A stretch of DNA of 64,000 bases from the human T2T-CHM13v2.0 reference genome, Homo sapiens: NCBI RefSeq assembly GCF_009914755.1, contig NC_060939.1. The stretch is one strand, 5' to 3'. The notes under the pieces are model-generated. The model saw only the letters and a program-made list of their open reading frames with translations. It searched no databases and had not been told where the DNA came from. Below are positions 52,436 through 64,000 of the stretch, in pieces; positions within the stretch are counted from its first letter, which is position 1; each line of letters starts with the position of its first letter. The position numbers and the translations under genes are program-made.

Positions 52436-54915
52436 GTTGTATATCCACAGGATCTGTATATCCGCAGTAGTCATTGTCACCTTAAAGCTGTGGTCTGTAT
52501 ATTTCCCAAAAGGAAAGTGATGCAGTTTTGACTGATGGTCCTTAGCAACCAATATACTCTCCAAGGTGTTGGTCTTTTGTAGAGGACTTATACATAAGGG
52601 CTTGCGGGCCTCTGGAATAATCTCTGCTTTTTCCTACTTCCTCGAACAGCAAGAATCAACCAAACCCCAGCAGCTGCTAAAATACATAGCTCATTGGTAT
52701 TTCTGTTTTGTGGAGGGACTATATTCCAACTTACAAATAAAAATATCCTCTGCTAGCTATATGATTATTTCGGTCTTCATTTAGATGACAGTCATTAACC
52801 TGAAGCCCTTGGAACTCTAAGTGTGCCGGGTAAGGTTTGTGATCCCACACAATTGTTTTCTAAGAAAGAATATATAATACTTTTAAAATGTATAATAGAT
52901 TTTTTAAAGAAGTCAGCTTTCTAGAAAGGTTAGGAGTAATTTTCTTAAAGTCCCTTTACAGAGAACACTAAATCTCAAGTAAAATTTGAAACCTTTGCCT
53001 TGTATAGAATCCATTTGTTAAATATCCAAAGATTATTTGACCACAAACACAAAACAAAGATCCAAGTGTGGTAAAAAATAAAAATTCAAAATTAAAGTAC
53101 TAGCTTAAAAATAAGCACAAAAGGCCCTAGGTTCTTTTCTCTCTTAATAAAAGAAAAGGAACGATAAGACAAGTTGGACTCTGAATTTTCTGGAAACAAT
53201 TTCAGCATCTGTAAAAGGTCTAAACAGTTTTCGAATGCTGGCTACTCCCAGGTCTGACATGTGCCACCTTAATCAACACTTTGGCGCGGGCGTAATGGAA
53301 AACATGTTTTCTCTGCCATAACTCTAGCGCAAGTTTATGACATCAGCCAAATGGGACAGACAGTCTGAATCCTGCGATAGACAGGCCTTCTGACAGCTAA
53401 ATAGAGGACACCCTGCTCATGAAAGATAGCCTTTATAGATACAACAGCTTCCAAGTGGAAAACTCTCTCTTGGAATAGAGAAATTTGGCACAACTTTTCC
53501 CAGAAACTATGCCAAAGATCTTTAATACTAGAGGCAGTTCTCATAATCATAAACTCTATTGGTTAGTCTACTGACACAAGTGCTTAGTGCTTTTTCATCT
53601 AATCAGACTTGAGTGTGGAAACAGCCCAAGGTTTCCTCGGGTGTTTATATTATTTCAATGGCACTTCCTTTGATTTACCTAAGGGATGTTTTGTTTTAAT
53701 TAGAGTTTATGACCAAAGATCAGCCGAAAAAGTATTGACGTGGATGTACATTGTTTATGGGTTTTGAATACAATTATATCAACCATAAAAATAGACCAAA
53801 CAATTTTGCTTGTCTGCCAAAAATAAATTCTTGATCACAGGATTTCAGGTCTTCATTTTGTTTTCATTTACGTTAATAAAAAGTACTTGCTGATCATTAA
53901 CTGGAGAAAACTGTAAAGTCAGTAAATCTGGAAACTAACATTTATTAAGTTTCAATGGGAAATGTAATGAGGAGATCTGATGTTGGTTAAATTATGGACT
54001 CTTTCCAATTAGTTGGCTGTCCCTCCAAAGCAAATGTACTAAAAATAAAATGACTTCCTTTTTGATGTCAATTATAAAGTGTGTATTTTTTTTTGTCTCT
54101 TTTTGTCTTTTAGGTTTTGATAAGATTTGGCAAGATAGTACCTATGAACCTATCTGACACCTGCCTCAGAAATCATGCCAAATGTCATAAGGTCGCCATC
54201 TATTTCCTTCACACTCTCTTAGCTTTTATGTACCAAGTTCTAAAATTAGAAGCAAGAGAAATGATGTACTGAAGAATGCATCTTTATTGAGGACTTTTAT
54301 TAAAACCAAACAAGTTCTCATAGGCAAAATATTAGATTAAAATGGCTTCCAAAGCATACCCACCAACTTCTTGACAGGTCATAATAGCATCTGAGTACAG
54401 AACCTTGATTCTTAGAACAAGATTTACAACTACTGATGCTTTCCTCTGTGTTTGCAAAGATATTGAGAAACACAACAGCTAGGGCCCCTGCTTCAAGATC
54501 ACCAAATATTTGTGGTCTCAGGTCTGCAGCTGCTCTGTGCCCTCCTCACATTCAGCAACTAGAGCAGTATGAGCCTTGGATTGTGGTCCTCAAAGACCCT
54601 TCTTGGTCACATATGTGTTTCTAAGAAGACATCAGCATGGTGACAAGATTGATGTTTTATTTTACCTTGCTTAAGGCATTTGTACCACAAAAATGAGTTT
54701 TTAAGTGGGACTTTGGAAACAAAGGTATTATTTCAGAATATACAAATCACATAATGAAGATTTAATTTAATAAACCCCCCAAATTTTCATTTTAACCAAG
54801 AGTAGGGCATTAAAATAGTAGGAGATCTAGATTCCATTTTTGGTTTCACTTTCTATTATTGCATGTTCTGAGCCAAGTCATTTGACAGCTATGAAACAGG
54901 GATACTAATACTTCT

Positions 54916-55226
54916 TTTTTAAAAACTTTGTGTGTATATATATATATAAAATTTATGGATACATAGTAGGTATATATAATATTTATGGGGTACATGAGGT
55001 ATTTTGATACAGGCATGCAATGCATAATAACCACATTAGGGTAAATGGGATATCCATCACCTCAAGCATTTATCCTTTGTCTTACAAACAACCCAGTTAT
55101 AATCTTTTAATTATTTTAAAATGTGCAATTAAATTATGTTGACTATAGTCACCCTGTTATGCTATCAAATACTAAGGTCTTATTTATTCTTTCTAACTAA
55201 TATTTTATACCCACTAACCATCCCCT
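54916..55226 (-). mobile_element. L1MA1/2-like 3' end
   Basis: atacatagtaggtatatat...ggggtacatgaggtattttgatacaggcatgcaatg...tccatcacctcaagcatttatcc; TSD agggata(c/t)taatacttct at 54898-54915 and 55227-55244. Confidence 0.92.
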
Positions 55227-56996
55227 AGGGATATTAATACTTCTCTGTAGGAGAAATTGAGGGCTTCTTTTCCAGAGGAATGCTGCTATCAATTGTTTGG
55301 GTTCATGCTGTTGTCACAGTGCCAAGGGCTGTGACAGGTTAAAGGCTGGCTCACATACGAATGTGGCCCTTTTAAATTGCTCCCCCACCCCCACTCCATG
55401 AGCTTAGATAAGTCCTTTTAGGGGTAATAGGCCATCTCTCTTGCTAACATATGACTGGTGAAGTGAGAGTGACTTGGAAGAGGTCATCAGTGGCCAGGCT
55501 GAAATCTAGGGCAGCTACTCCCTTGCTTTTTCAATTTCTCCTACTTCCCACTGGCATATGCATTCTGCTTTGGCTTTTTCTTTCATTAGAATGGCTAGAT
55601 CTGATATTCAGTTTTGGATTGTGGTGGTAGGAGGCAATATAAGCCCTGAGAACTGCTTTCACTTTCCTCTACTTGAGTCTACTTTGTTAGGGTGAAGGAA
55701 ATCTTCCACACGGCTCATACCAGAATTTTAGAGTCTTATGTCAGTGTTGGGGTCAAAGCCCCAATTACTGCAGTAATAAATAGTTTTTCGCTCCCTTGAA
55801 CTTTTTTTTTTGTTTTTTAATTCAGGGAACTTGTAGAGGATTGACTGGTCTAGGACCAGATTCAGGTATTTAGAATCTTATTCTTGGTCATTTATCTCTC
55901 AATAGATACATATCTACTGGCATTCCATTTTGACATGATTTACATTTATCTCACAGGTGGTTTACAAGATCAGTTGGAATAATATATGTCAAAATATATG
56001 CTTCAGGCACTATAAATTATTGTACAAATGTTTGTTATGTATTATTATTTCTTGCAGGTGTATTGTACAGGTGTATTTCTACTTTTTATTATTTATTATG
56101 GCATGTTGTACTAGGGAGTTGACAATTGTTTATTAGTCACAGGTCAGTTCTGCAGCTTCTTCCTTCACTTGACTGTGTTCATGTTTTTGCTTCTGTGCAG
56201 ATCACGTATATATTTCAGGGGCTTTCATATTCTCTTTATACTTACACAATGGCCAGCTATTATGTTTCAGGGGCTGTGTGGTCACAACTATAAAAAGGTC
56301 TCTGGACTATGTTTTTCGCTGTTGTCCCCTGAGGCAAGATAATGTCTTTTCTCACTCTCTTTTTACCTTTTTGGTTCTTTTCACATTGCTGCAGATATCT
56401 ACCCCTTCTTGTCTCTGCCTTTTAACTCAGCTTGCCCTCCCAGTATCACACTTCCTGGGAAGGTAACAACGAATTGTAAACAATGCCAAGAATTTGCTCA
56501 GCACAGCCCTTTCCTATTGCTCTCCCTGCTGCTGTCATGGCCATGCCTTGATTTTCATTAGCTGCTTCTGATTCCCTTGGTTCAGGATCTCACTCATATT
56601 TTTTGGTGGGCTGGTGGGGGGAGTTATAGCGCTTTCATCACTTGCTAGGCTAACCTCTGCTGTCTCATTTGTTCTCCATTCAGGAGTGGAGAATTCACCA
56701 CATTTTGAAGGTTATGCACATCCCTCAAGGGCCAGTTGAAAGATTCTCTCAACGTCAATGTTAATTTCTCTTTTTATCCTCTTACATCTTCTTGTTTGAC
56801 TCTTCTTATGTCAGCTACTCCCATTTTTCTTGCATTTATGTATGGGTTTGCTTCTCCCACTGAATTGAGAGTTCCTGAATGGGGTGGCTTTACCTTACTC
56901 ATCTTTGTTGACTCAGAACACTTGCATCATCCTTTGCATATGAGTAGCCTGTGGGTAGAGATGTATGGAATTGGTTTATATTGAAATGCTCCTTCT

Positions 56997-57153
56997 GGCC
57001 AGGTATCCTGGTGCGTGCCTGTAATCCCAGCTACCCAAGAGGCTGAGGTGGGAGACCAGGCGTTTGAGGCTATAGTGCTGCTATGATGATTGTGCCTGTG
57101 AATAAACACTGCACTCCAGCCTGGGCAACGTAGCCAGATCCCATCTCTAAAAT
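56997..57153 (+). mobile_element. FAM (fossil Alu monomer, 7SL-derived)
   Basis: Monomer retaining the 7SL-type gtgcctgtgaata..cactgcactccagcctgggcaac segment; TSD aaat(g/a)ctccttc at 56984-56995 and 57154-57165. Confidence 0.85.
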
Positions 57154-57554
57154 AAATACTCCTTCCTGTCTTCGCACCCACACTGCTGTCTATCTCTGCA
57201 GGGTACTTCATACACCTTTTATCTACATAATACTTATTTATCCTTCTCCTTTCTGTGTAAATGCTGCTTCCTCAGATATCCCATAGACTAGGTTAAGGGT
57301 TCTTGAGAGATGCTGTTAGTACGTGTACTTAACTCTAAAGAAGATTGGACACACTTAAAATTACATATTAAGTATCTATATTCTCTGTTAGACAGTGAGC
57401 TCCATGTTGACAAAAATAAGACACAGCTACCTCGTTCACACTCTATACCTACCATTGGCACAACTATCTGTCGATTTATTAAAATAAATTCACTGGTTTC
57501 TATTCTTCTAATTGTTATTCTCTTTTTGTCAGAAGTTATCCCTTAATATTTGGC

Positions 57555-57775
57555 ACATGGAAGCTGGAGCCAAACTGTAAGTTCGTGTATCACAGCTCCG
57601 TCACCTACAAGTGGTACACTCTTAACCTCTCTGTTCCTCAAATTCTTTATGCTTAAGATGGGAATCATAACAACACCTACAGTGAGGAATGTGGTATTAG
57701 GAGAGATAATGTGGCTCGCTCAGCAAAGCACCTACCTAAGGAACGTATTCAATAAGCATTAGTTATTACCACCCT
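57555..57775 (+). mobile_element. MIR
   Basis: gctggagccaaactg...cttaacctctctgttcctca...gatgggaatcataacaacacctac...attcaataagcattagttatta. Confidence 0.75.
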
Positions 57776-57975
57776 CCAGCCATCCTTATGGAAGGAAGAA
57801 AAGATAAAGATAATATGAGAAATTATTAAAACGACTCTTCTCTCGAGCTCTGGAATCTCATCTTCCCAACTCAAACTGACAATCCACTCAGAAGTATGTG
57901 TTCATTCATATGTGCCACCCATTACTCCCAAGAGGGTCAGTACTCTAATGAGATGTATTTGTGGAATTGGGGCCA

Positions 57976-58021
57976 TGTGTTTGTGTGTGTGTGTGCATGT
58001 GTATGTGTGTGTGTGTGCGTG
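57976..58021. repeat. (TG)n microsatellite, interrupted
   Basis: tgtgtttgtgtgtgtgtgtgcatgtgtatgtgtgtgtgtgtgcgtg. Confidence 0.85.
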
Positions 58022-58724
58022 CAGGAGCATCCCTAAGACTAAGGTCTGGTGATGGAGCTGCTGAGTATCCCTATTCCCGTACCCTGCACCTTCACTCTGA
58101 GATCAGGGCGCCCTTAGGAAGCACTGAACTAAAATTGGCCCCAGCGCTTCTTTGCTTCCAAGGATAAATATTAGAGCTGATGTAGCAGCATCTTTAGGCA
58201 TATAACTGTAGAATAGATGTTTAAGTTTCTATTCTTTTAAAAGTGCTTTTTGAGAACTTTCATACAAGTTATACTGGGTTGTTTTTATGGCTGCAGCCAA
58301 TACCATTTCCCCTTTCTTCGTTTTCTTGACATTTTATCCAATCAATTAGAAAGTAAATTGCTCTTTGCTCTCAAAATGGCACGGCTTGCTTTCTTTTGAA
58401 CCAGCTTATGAAAATTTCAGAAATCATTAAAGAAAGTGAAGAAACAAAAAGCCACAAGACAAGCAATGTGGATTTTATGTTTAATTGGCATACAGCCTGT
58501 CTTTTAGCTCTAGTGTTTTTAAATTGTGTTTGTAAAGAGTAAGAGAAATTTCTTGTTAATTACTCACACACCTTTTCTCATTTGGCCCAGATAATTGCCC
58601 TGTCAAGGGGGAGGGTAAATTAATTTTAGACCCATGTTAGAGAGGAGGAACCTGTGACTCAGTGACTCACTCAAGGTCCTGACTACATTTTAGAGTGATG
58701 AAATTCAGGTTCCCTGATTCCTAT

Positions 58725-59035
58725 AGGCCCAGCCTCACCATTTACTAGTTCTATGACTGTGACCAAGTTACTTAGTCTTGTTGTCTCAGCTTCTTCATCT
58801 GTGAAAATGGTGATACACTTCCATCTCAGGGTTTCTGTTAGGATTATTTAATTAGTTCTTTTAGAATAGTGCCCTTTACATGGTAAACATGCAGTAAGTA
58901 TCAGATATTAACATAATACCTCAAAATAATAATATCTGCCTTTTAGAGTTTAGAGAGGTTTCAATAAGATAATTCATGTAGACTCTTAGAACATTTCCTG
59001 GCACAAAATAAACACTTAACAAGTGTTTGGGATAT
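58725..59035 (+). mobile_element. MIR fragments (two tandem pieces)
   Basis: ccatttactagttctatgactgtgaccaagttacttagtc...tctcagcttcttcatctgtgaaaatgg, plus a second 3' half ending cctggcacaaaataaacactt. Confidence 0.7.
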
Positions 59036-62000
59036 TTTTAATATTATTTTTATGATTATTCTATTTGATCATGATGATGAAATATCTAATCAACTGAATC
59101 ATTGGTTGGGGGTTGGAAGACTGAGTTTTAGTTCCTCCCTCACTAGAATTCTGGTGACAACACCCAAAATACTTTTTACCTTCCTTTACTATTTTATATT
59201 TTTTAAAATAAATTTTTATGTGTGGTTTAGATATGTAAAAACTCATCAGTTGGATAAATTGATAAAAGGTAATCATTTGGCCATGAATACTATTCACCAG
59301 TTCTGCAACTGCCATAAAGGAATGCCAGTGTTTATTCTTGTCTGCCATTGTTAGGTATCATTTTATATGTGGAAGTTTTGAGTTTGGGAGAGCATTTGAG
59401 GACATATGAGGCAAGAGGCAGCTAAGGATAAACTTCATGCTTGGCAGCACTGCTTTCAACTAATAGCCTTCTCGTGCCTGTTATACACCTCTGAGACTTA
59501 GCTGCAGCGGCATATCCTGATACTAGGTTTGCCCAGGAAGTAAAATGTTTTAAACCAAATGGAATTATTGACAACAGTATTCAATGAGCTTTTTAACTTT
59601 GCCCATTATAAACCACCAAATTCTAAGAAACTAATTCCATGGAAGGATGCAAAACCTGCTTAGAAATATTTTTTTTCAGATTTGGGTTAGGCTTTCAGAG
59701 CTTAGTTTTGTGTTTGTTGAATATCCGTAAGTTATTCTTATGAGAAAATGTAGCCCACACTCACAAGGTTGTTTGACCATGAGGCTTAAGCTTTCAGTAT
59801 TTCAGAAAGAAATTTGAAAAGCCACACTGCCTTTGCTTGAGGTGTGAGATGTGATTAGCTAGTAAAACAACTTACCTTTCCAGGTCTTACCACCTAGTTC
59901 AAAAATGAATAGTGATTTTGAAAATCTCTAGTAAGAAGCTGCTTGGATGAGCAAAGTAGATTTAGCTGGTTATTTGGATGTGCAACAGTAAGATCCTCTG
60001 CCTCTTTAGGTGTAAACTTCTATATCTTTAAATTCCTAGGTTGGAAGACAATAGTATAATAACAGGTCAAGTTCTGCAGTATAGCTAGAGAAGAGACCTT
60101 TCTGACCTATGACATAATTTTAAATACTTTAGATTTGGATCTGAAACATCTAGTGCAGTTGTCCTTAGAGGCCAAATTCTTCAGGTAATTGCAAAGCACA
60201 GGGGTTCCTTGTGGTGTATAGATACAGTTACCAATACAATGTCACCATATTTAGAGGGCATCTTCAATACCTTCACCCATGTTAATGTCAGCCTATTTGT
60301 CTGAAAATTCAGCTGTTGAGTGGAAGTTTACTTTGGTCTTCTCCCCAAGGGCTTTCAGAGTAGTTAGTATAAAGTCCGGAAAAAAAAAAGAAGGGTAGAT
60401 TGTTCTTAGCATGCAGGAAGGAAGTTGTCAGGCGGAAAGAGGATATGGGTCTGTTTGCATGCGAGGGTCAGTATTTGCTAGCTAGATATTTCCGCTGTGT
60501 CCACACGACAAGAAAATCCTTAGTTTCCTGTGCCGGACAAATAGCAGGAAAGGGTGTGAGGGTTATTGAATGACATTATCATGTTATAGCCTCATGGGTG
60601 AGGAAAGCCTGCTTATCAAAACTGATAGCAGCACAGGACTTGTTTGGGGAGGAGCCCCAAGGTGCTGGAGTCACTTGGGGCGTTTTTCCTCTTGGGTGCT
60701 GTGGATCACTTGGCTTTTGCAGACCCGACATTCTTCCTCTCAGATAGAAGGGACTGTTCTTACTCACTGGAAAGTTACTATCAGTTTCATTATTTGCCAT
60801 CTCCTATCTGGCAAACAGTTCAGGTGGAAAGGAAATAAGAAACATTCAGCCTGATTGGCAAAGTAGAAGATATCATGTCCTGAAACTTGCAACCATCCCC
60901 AGCCCACCCCAACCGTCTAAGGTCTAGCCATACATAATCATGCTGCACACTCAGCTTTACTCAAATGTGAATTTTGTTTAGTGCAAAGCCCATTTCCAAT
61001 AACTGCTGGTGCAATAGCTTAAATGAATGTGAGAGTGAAAAGTACAATTCACTCTGCCACTTTAAAGGTTCCAGGTGTGAAAGTTGTTTCTTAATTTCTA
61101 GCTTTTCCAGTTGGAGAAATACACAGGTAGTGTCTACACTCCTGACCTGTGAATCTATTTAGATTGTGATTGAGAAGTGTAATTGGGCATTAATTAATAT
61201 TTTTCTACAATTCTTCAGTATTTACTACTTTTAGCAATGACTACAATCCAGAATCAAGCAATTTGGTAAATAATGAGTAATTGTAGGTGCTTTCTTATTA
61301 GCAACTTACTTCTTCTAATAAGCAGTTTAGCATTCTGGAAGGTTTCAAAATTTTGGAAAATACTATGAGCAAAAAAAAAATGGTTAAAGTAATGATATCC
61401 ATATTCAATAAAATGAATTTTTTTTAATTTAAATTCATCTGCAAACTCCCTGCTTCCCAACCAGAAATATTTAAGTTCAATCAAAAAGGAAAGGATCAGG
61501 GCTTATTCTCAAGGAGTCATCTTATTCTAAAGATAAGTAATAGGAACAATTAATCTTCGGAGAAGCATATCAAAAAGTATTGAATTAAATCCTGAAAGGA
61601 AATAATAAAATGACTAACAGAAAACATTGCAGCATACTAAAATGTTGGTAGAAGAGACTTTTAAAAATGGATCAAGAGACTGAAAAATATATCAAGTCTT
61701 TAATGACACACTGTGGATGAGGATTGTAGTTCCTCTTGAAGTCAGAAAATCATTTATTCTCTTACGTTAATTTGGAGGTACCGTTTCCTCATATAGATTC
61801 ACCAAGTAAATATTCTACCTGTGCTATACATATCTACAAAAAACTCACAGCTAAGTTATATAGGTTTTTTTTAAAAAACTATGAAAAAAAAAGCATGAAG
61901 AGTAAATCATGACTGTAAATAGATTTTTAAGGTAAAATTACCTGTATTAAGTAGCACTGTATTTCACCACTGAAAACAATGATTTTTTTTTTTTACATGT

Positions 62001-63687
62001 ACTACTGGTATAAAAAGTAATCTCAACATTATTATATTTATATATACTCTTAATCAGTGATAAATGTATTAATAAACAGTATGTAAACTTAATATATAAA
62101 CAATCATTTGAAGCAACCAAAAGTCAGATGAATGTCTTCAGATTCCTCATCCTAATTTTATTGGCTAAAGATGCTTTAGAAGAAGCATAAAATGCTCTGG
62201 GAGAAAAAAGGCTTCTACTGGCCTAGGTTTGTGAGCATTCAGTAACTAGTTTCAGAGGTTGTTTAGGGTTTCTCAAGCTCAGAGTCACTGTCATCATTTT
62301 TTTGTTTGGCTTGATTCCCAGTCTCCCAGGCGCTCTCCACTTCAAACATTTTCTGCACACTTCTCAGAATTATTTTGCTTCCTGAAAGCTCTGACCATGT
62401 CTTTCTGCTTCTCACAGGCCCCTGGAGGCTTCTCCTCACTCTTCAGCTTGCATGCTGACTGCCGCCTTCAAAACTCTCTAACACTGTTCCCACATTACCT
62501 ATCTGTCCTTGTTTCCCCAAAGTCACAACAATATGTTGTATGAAATGGCTAAAAGGATTCAGGGAAAAAGGCGCTTGTGGTGCACGTCTTTGTTAACCTG
62601 GCTGTGTTGGCCTAGCTTGTTTTCAGCAATTCCCCAGCTAGTTGCAAGGTAAACGAGGAGCTCTGAGTTAGTGCTTGCTCAGGCTAGAGGCCTGCATGTG
62701 ATCTGAGCCTTTGTACACAAGTAGTAGGAATATATACATTCGATAGACATTTTCATAAGCAATTTTTCTCTTTTTTAACTTTAATGTCTTCCCATATTGC
62801 ATTCATCTGCATAACAGTAAACACATGCCCCGACAGAAAGTTGCAGGCAGGGATATTTATTTATAACAGATGGCACAGAGCAGGAGCATGATGAATTGGT
62901 GTGTGGCTCCTGAACTAGCAGGCCCATAAATAAAGTATCCTCAAAGCTACTTTGGGGATCTTGCTTGCTCAGAAGGAAGAAAGGAAAGATGATGCTCACA
63001 ATTTTGTTGCCTTATATAATATAATCCCAAACATGTGCAATTTAACGACAAGCAACCAAAATCTTATAACTGAGTTTTTTCGTTGAAAAAATTTATTCAT
63101 AGATAGCTTTTCAGACCTATGAAACAATTACAGCAATAACAGTTTTCTTTCCTTAGTTCCTTTTATGTTTATTGATCTAATGACTCAATGCATTCTAAAA
63201 AGCATAAATTTGCAACTAATAATGGTCAAAACAAGACATAGACCAATAATATTTACATAACCCTTTGTGTAAAACCTTATGACAGAGAGAATAATGAGTT
63301 TATTTCCAAGAATATAGTTATTAATGACACAAATGCAATTCCTTGAAATTTGAAAAATTTTGTTGCTTTCTCAATATACAAAGCACACTAGGATAGTAAA
63401 TATAAAAGCCAAATTTGGCTGATCTTGTATATGTGAATCATTTATTTAAAGGATTCAGAGACAAAACATGTTTTTTTTTCCCATCAACTTTGGGGTTTTA
63501 TTGGCCTTGTTACTATTTTTAAGGGGTCCTGAAGTTGAAATTTAACAGTATTATCGATTCTGGCACAGGTGTAGTGAGCCAAACATTTTCATAGAAATAC
63601 GCGTGTGAGTGTAAATGTGTATATGTGTATGTGAGGGGGGTTTATGTTTATATATTGTTTAACCTTATAAAAACCTCTGCCATTATT

Positions 63688-63984
<297 letters not shown>

Positions 63985-64000
63985 TTCTGCCATTATTTTG

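Overview
Human genomic DNA: it carries a MAST2-containing SVA_F1 element, which is a human-specific subfamily. The window is AT-rich and dominated by transposon remnants (L1, L2, Alu/FAM/FRAM, MIR, MaLR/ERVL LTRs, hAT MITEs). I see no intact protein-coding gene; the supplied ORFs I examined fall in repeats or show no coding signal. The main non-routine signals are: (1) a degenerate, near full-length PNMA-family (Ty3/Gypsy Gag-derived) reading frame at about 20069-21150 on the + strand, broken by stops and frameshifts, preceded by a splice acceptor and Kozak ATG, and followed by a possible eroded zinc knuckle and protease motif; (2) an exact 84-bp inverted templated insertion inside an Alu, copied from 2.4 kb downstream; (3) a young SVA_F1 with a 50-bp MAST2 exon-1 leader, a probable untemplated 5' G and a perfect 17-bp TSD; (4) several fold-back hairpins that look like template-switch products. 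Repeat subfamily names and protein comparisons come from my recall of consensus sequences, not from database searches.
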